A stretch of 64,000 nucleotides of DNA from assembly GCA_027065695.1 (NCBI GenBank), contig JAMONP010000032.1, positions 20,084 to 84,083 on the forward strand, in the 5' to 3' direction. Both the position numbers and the translations under genes were made by a program. A model generated the notes under the pieces. The model had not been told where the DNA came from, did not search any database, and saw only the letters and a program-made list of their open reading frames with translations. This document shows, piece after piece, positions 62,320 to 64,000 of the stretch; position 1 is the stretch's first letter, and each line of letters starts with the position of its first letter. Source of the DNA: Desulfuromonadales bacterium (GTDB lineage Bacteria > Desulfobacterota > Desulfuromonadia > Desulfuromonadales > BM103).

Positions 62320-64000
62320 TCAATCAAGAGCGTAGATGACAATAGCCGATCTGGCTTTGTTAAGGTACCCTTCATGCTTGAACTTGACCACCATCACCAA
62401 GTCATTTTTGCCATCGTTGTCGGCATCGGCCAGGACAAAGTCACCCAGGTAGCCTTGCTGGCTCGCTGTACGCCAACTTTCGTCCATCGAAAAACCGTTC
62501 CAGGTCAAGGCAACTAACCGACTTTTTTTATACTTGCGCCAACGTTGCATAAGTCGCTGACCGTCATTTTGGGCCACCAGTATCTCGTTATCAGAGGTTT
62601 TGAGCAACCTGGAGCGCATGCATGTTGGAAGTACAGAATCACCATCATTGCCTTTACGGTTGTCAAAACAGGTCTCTGATCCACCGAAATACTCTCCTGA
62701 CGCCCAGAGCTCAACCCCAGCGGCAGAAACAACTCTAAGATAGTCACCCTGGGTCAGATAAGCATAATAAAGCAGGTTATTATCATCTGTGAACGGCACA
62801 AAACTGTACATATTAATGAGCCCGGGGAGGTCAATTTCTTCACCTCTCACGAGACTGTTACCTTTGAGATGAATATAAAAAGGGTTCCCAAAGAAGCTCT
62901 CTTTGCCCGAGCCCTTTCTTTGACCAATAAGCACCCGTCCCTCTCCTGGCAGTTCAACAGCGCGTAAATACCATTTAACTTTGTCGATGACGATATCATA
63001 AGCACTGCCAGTGTATTTAACCACAAAGGAGACCAGTTCATGGCTGACAGTGGCAGTCAGATAAAGCTCAGGGCTACCGTTTCTATCGAGATCAACTGCA
63101 TCCAGGCTGAGGATTTGCACCCCTGCAGGAATCAGGACTTCTGCCTTTTCACTGTACTTCGCCTGGTTGATCTGGCCAATCAACAACTTATGATCCAGCG
63201 CAACAGCTGTTTCCTGAAGACCATCACCATCCAGATCCGCAACAGCTACGCCTACCGGGTTACCGCTGATGTTCGGACCCATCCAAATTCCACGCTTCTC
63301 TGCAGAGCCAGGGCGTATAATGCCAATATTTTCAGGCGAGAATGGATCATCATCTTTCAGGTTGAACACGTCTAAAAGACTGTCCGCAGCTTTCTTAAGG
63401 AGGCCGGGTTCTGGTTTCGTACTCTGAGAGACGTAAGACCGTCGTAGAGGTTCTGTTTTTGCGATCAGTTGTTGATTATCTGATACCTTATAACTATGAA
63501 GCAGGCTACCATCCGAGGTTTTTACAACGAGGGCATCGGGATTTAAGGTAAAGGTCAACAGAGGCACAGCACTATCACTCTCCTGCAACCACTTAAACTG
63601 AGGCAGATCCATCTTGATCTGTCGAGCAATTGCGCCGTCACCCGCTGTTTTATCAATAAAAAGAGTCGGTACTTGCTCAAAGCGACGCACCTCAGCACCA
63701 TTTTTTGCTTCCGTATTAGCAGAGAGTAGCTTTGCGTAGGAGTAGCCTGAATTGATGCGAATCACCTGAAGAAAACCGGTCGGGATATCAACCGAGCCAA
63801 GAATTTCTTTGGTGACCGGATGGTAAATATTTGCCCCCTTTTTCACCAAAGTGAGGATATCACCGACATGAAGGTTATCGCTGGCATCAAGATCGACGAT
63901 GTACTCGTCATTAATCGGCATAATGACATAACCACTCAAGACCACATAATCCAGTTCAATCTGCTTGGGCAGTTCAGCTAAAACAGAAACCGGGGTGAAC
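62320..64000 (-). CDS. FG-GAP/VCBS-type repeat protein; N terminus beyond the window
   Basis: The track ORF starts at the GTG at 63945, but the frame stays open to position 64000. Calcium-site-like repeats are present: DLDGDGLQE, DLDRNGSPE, DADNDGKNDL. Confidence 0.75.
   Translation of the reverse strand, partial: FTPVSVLAELPKQIELDYVVLSGYVIMPINDEYIVDLDASDNLHVGDILTLVKKGANIYHPVTKEILGSVDIPTGFLQVIRINSGYSYAKLLSANTEAKNGAEVRRFEQVPTLFIDKTAGDGAIARQIKMDLPQFKWLQESDSAVPLLTFTLNPDALVVKTSDGSLLHSYKVSDNQQLIAKTEPLRRSYVSQSTKPEPGLLKKAADSLLDVFNLKDDDPFSPENIGIIRPGSAEKRGIWMGPNISGNPVGVAVADLDGDGLQETAVALDHKLLIGQINQAKYSEKAEVLIPAGVQILSLDAVDLDRNGSPELYLTATVSHELVSFVVKYTGSAYDIVIDKVKWYLRAVELPGEGRVLIGQRKGSGKESFFGNPFYIHLKGNSLVRGEEIDLPGLINMYSFVPFTDDNNLLYYAYLTQGDYLRVVSAAGVELWASGEYFGGSETCFDNRKGNDGDSVLPTCMRSRLLKTSDNEILVAQNDGQRLMQRWRKYKKSRLVALTWNGFSMDESWRTASQQGYLGDFVLADADNDGKNDLVMVVKFKHEGYLNKARSAIVIYALD

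Overview
The window looks like a chromosomal segment from a Desulfuromonadales (Geobacter/Desulfuromonas-like) deltaproteobacterium. That taxonomic assignment is inference from gene content: a CbcL-type cytochrome, a triheme c7 cytochrome, a separate atpZ-atpI-atpB-atpE F0 cluster, PilT, and HD-GYP/HEAT signalling proteins. I count about 60 protein genes and saw no rRNA, tRNA, CRISPR array or intact mobile element.

Gene layout:
- 1-1.8 kb: a HAMP sensor with a PstS-like binding protein.
- 2.2-6.7 kb: TPR protein, DeaD helicase, S4 protein and the ATP synthase F0 genes.
- 7.5-17.9 kb: a dense set of four inner-membrane multihaem / quinol-oxidoreductase modules. These are CbcL-like, an octahaem, a tetrahaem+NrfC+NrfD module, and a 3-TM cytochrome with a CX3CH site. 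This is the most distinctive coding content.
- 18-20.3 kb: UbiD-family decarboxylase.
- 20.6-22.3 kb: a decayed hipBA toxin-antitoxin module. hipB is broken at a G8 tract and hipA is frameshifted. A 22-bp inverted repeat follows it.
- 22.7-25.5 kb: dksA, moaC, radA.
- 25.7-30.2 kb: a LarA / GlcD-like / Fe-S lactate module plus a c7 cytochrome.
- 30.6-36 kb: moaA, pilT, a PP-loop protein, and groESL with a perfect CIRCE operator.
- 36.3-40.7 kb: an aroF / ArsS-like radical SAM / 807-aa secreted double-PhnD-like protein operon.
- 40.9-44.8 kb: trmB, truD, and a DUF4212 + sodium:solute symporter pair.
- 45-45.8 kb: a TIM-barrel gene split exactly at an in-phase A_AAA_AAA heptamer.
- 45.9-53.5 kb: uspA, an IclR regulator, a hydrolase, coaE, a HEAT + HD-GYP pair, and ssb.
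- 53.6-61.1 kb: the complete phoBR-pstSCAB-phoU regulon, with 11-bp-phased direct repeats upstream.
- 61.1-62.2 kb: an A+T-rich scar with an HsdM N-terminal fragment, a nuclease-like fragment and a truncated pepF.
- 62.3-64 kb: a partial FG-GAP repeat protein.

Intergenic DNA carries at least four families of structured palindromic repeats. One is a nested MITE-like family with short (about 65 bp) and long (about 160 bp) forms.

I did not find an obviously new multi-gene system. The items most worth follow-up are the cytochrome cluster, the homopolymer-linked frame breaks (phase variation, recoding or assembly error), the orphan aroF/rSAM/PhnD-like operon and the repeat families. All product calls rest on motif recognition by eye, because no database search could be run.
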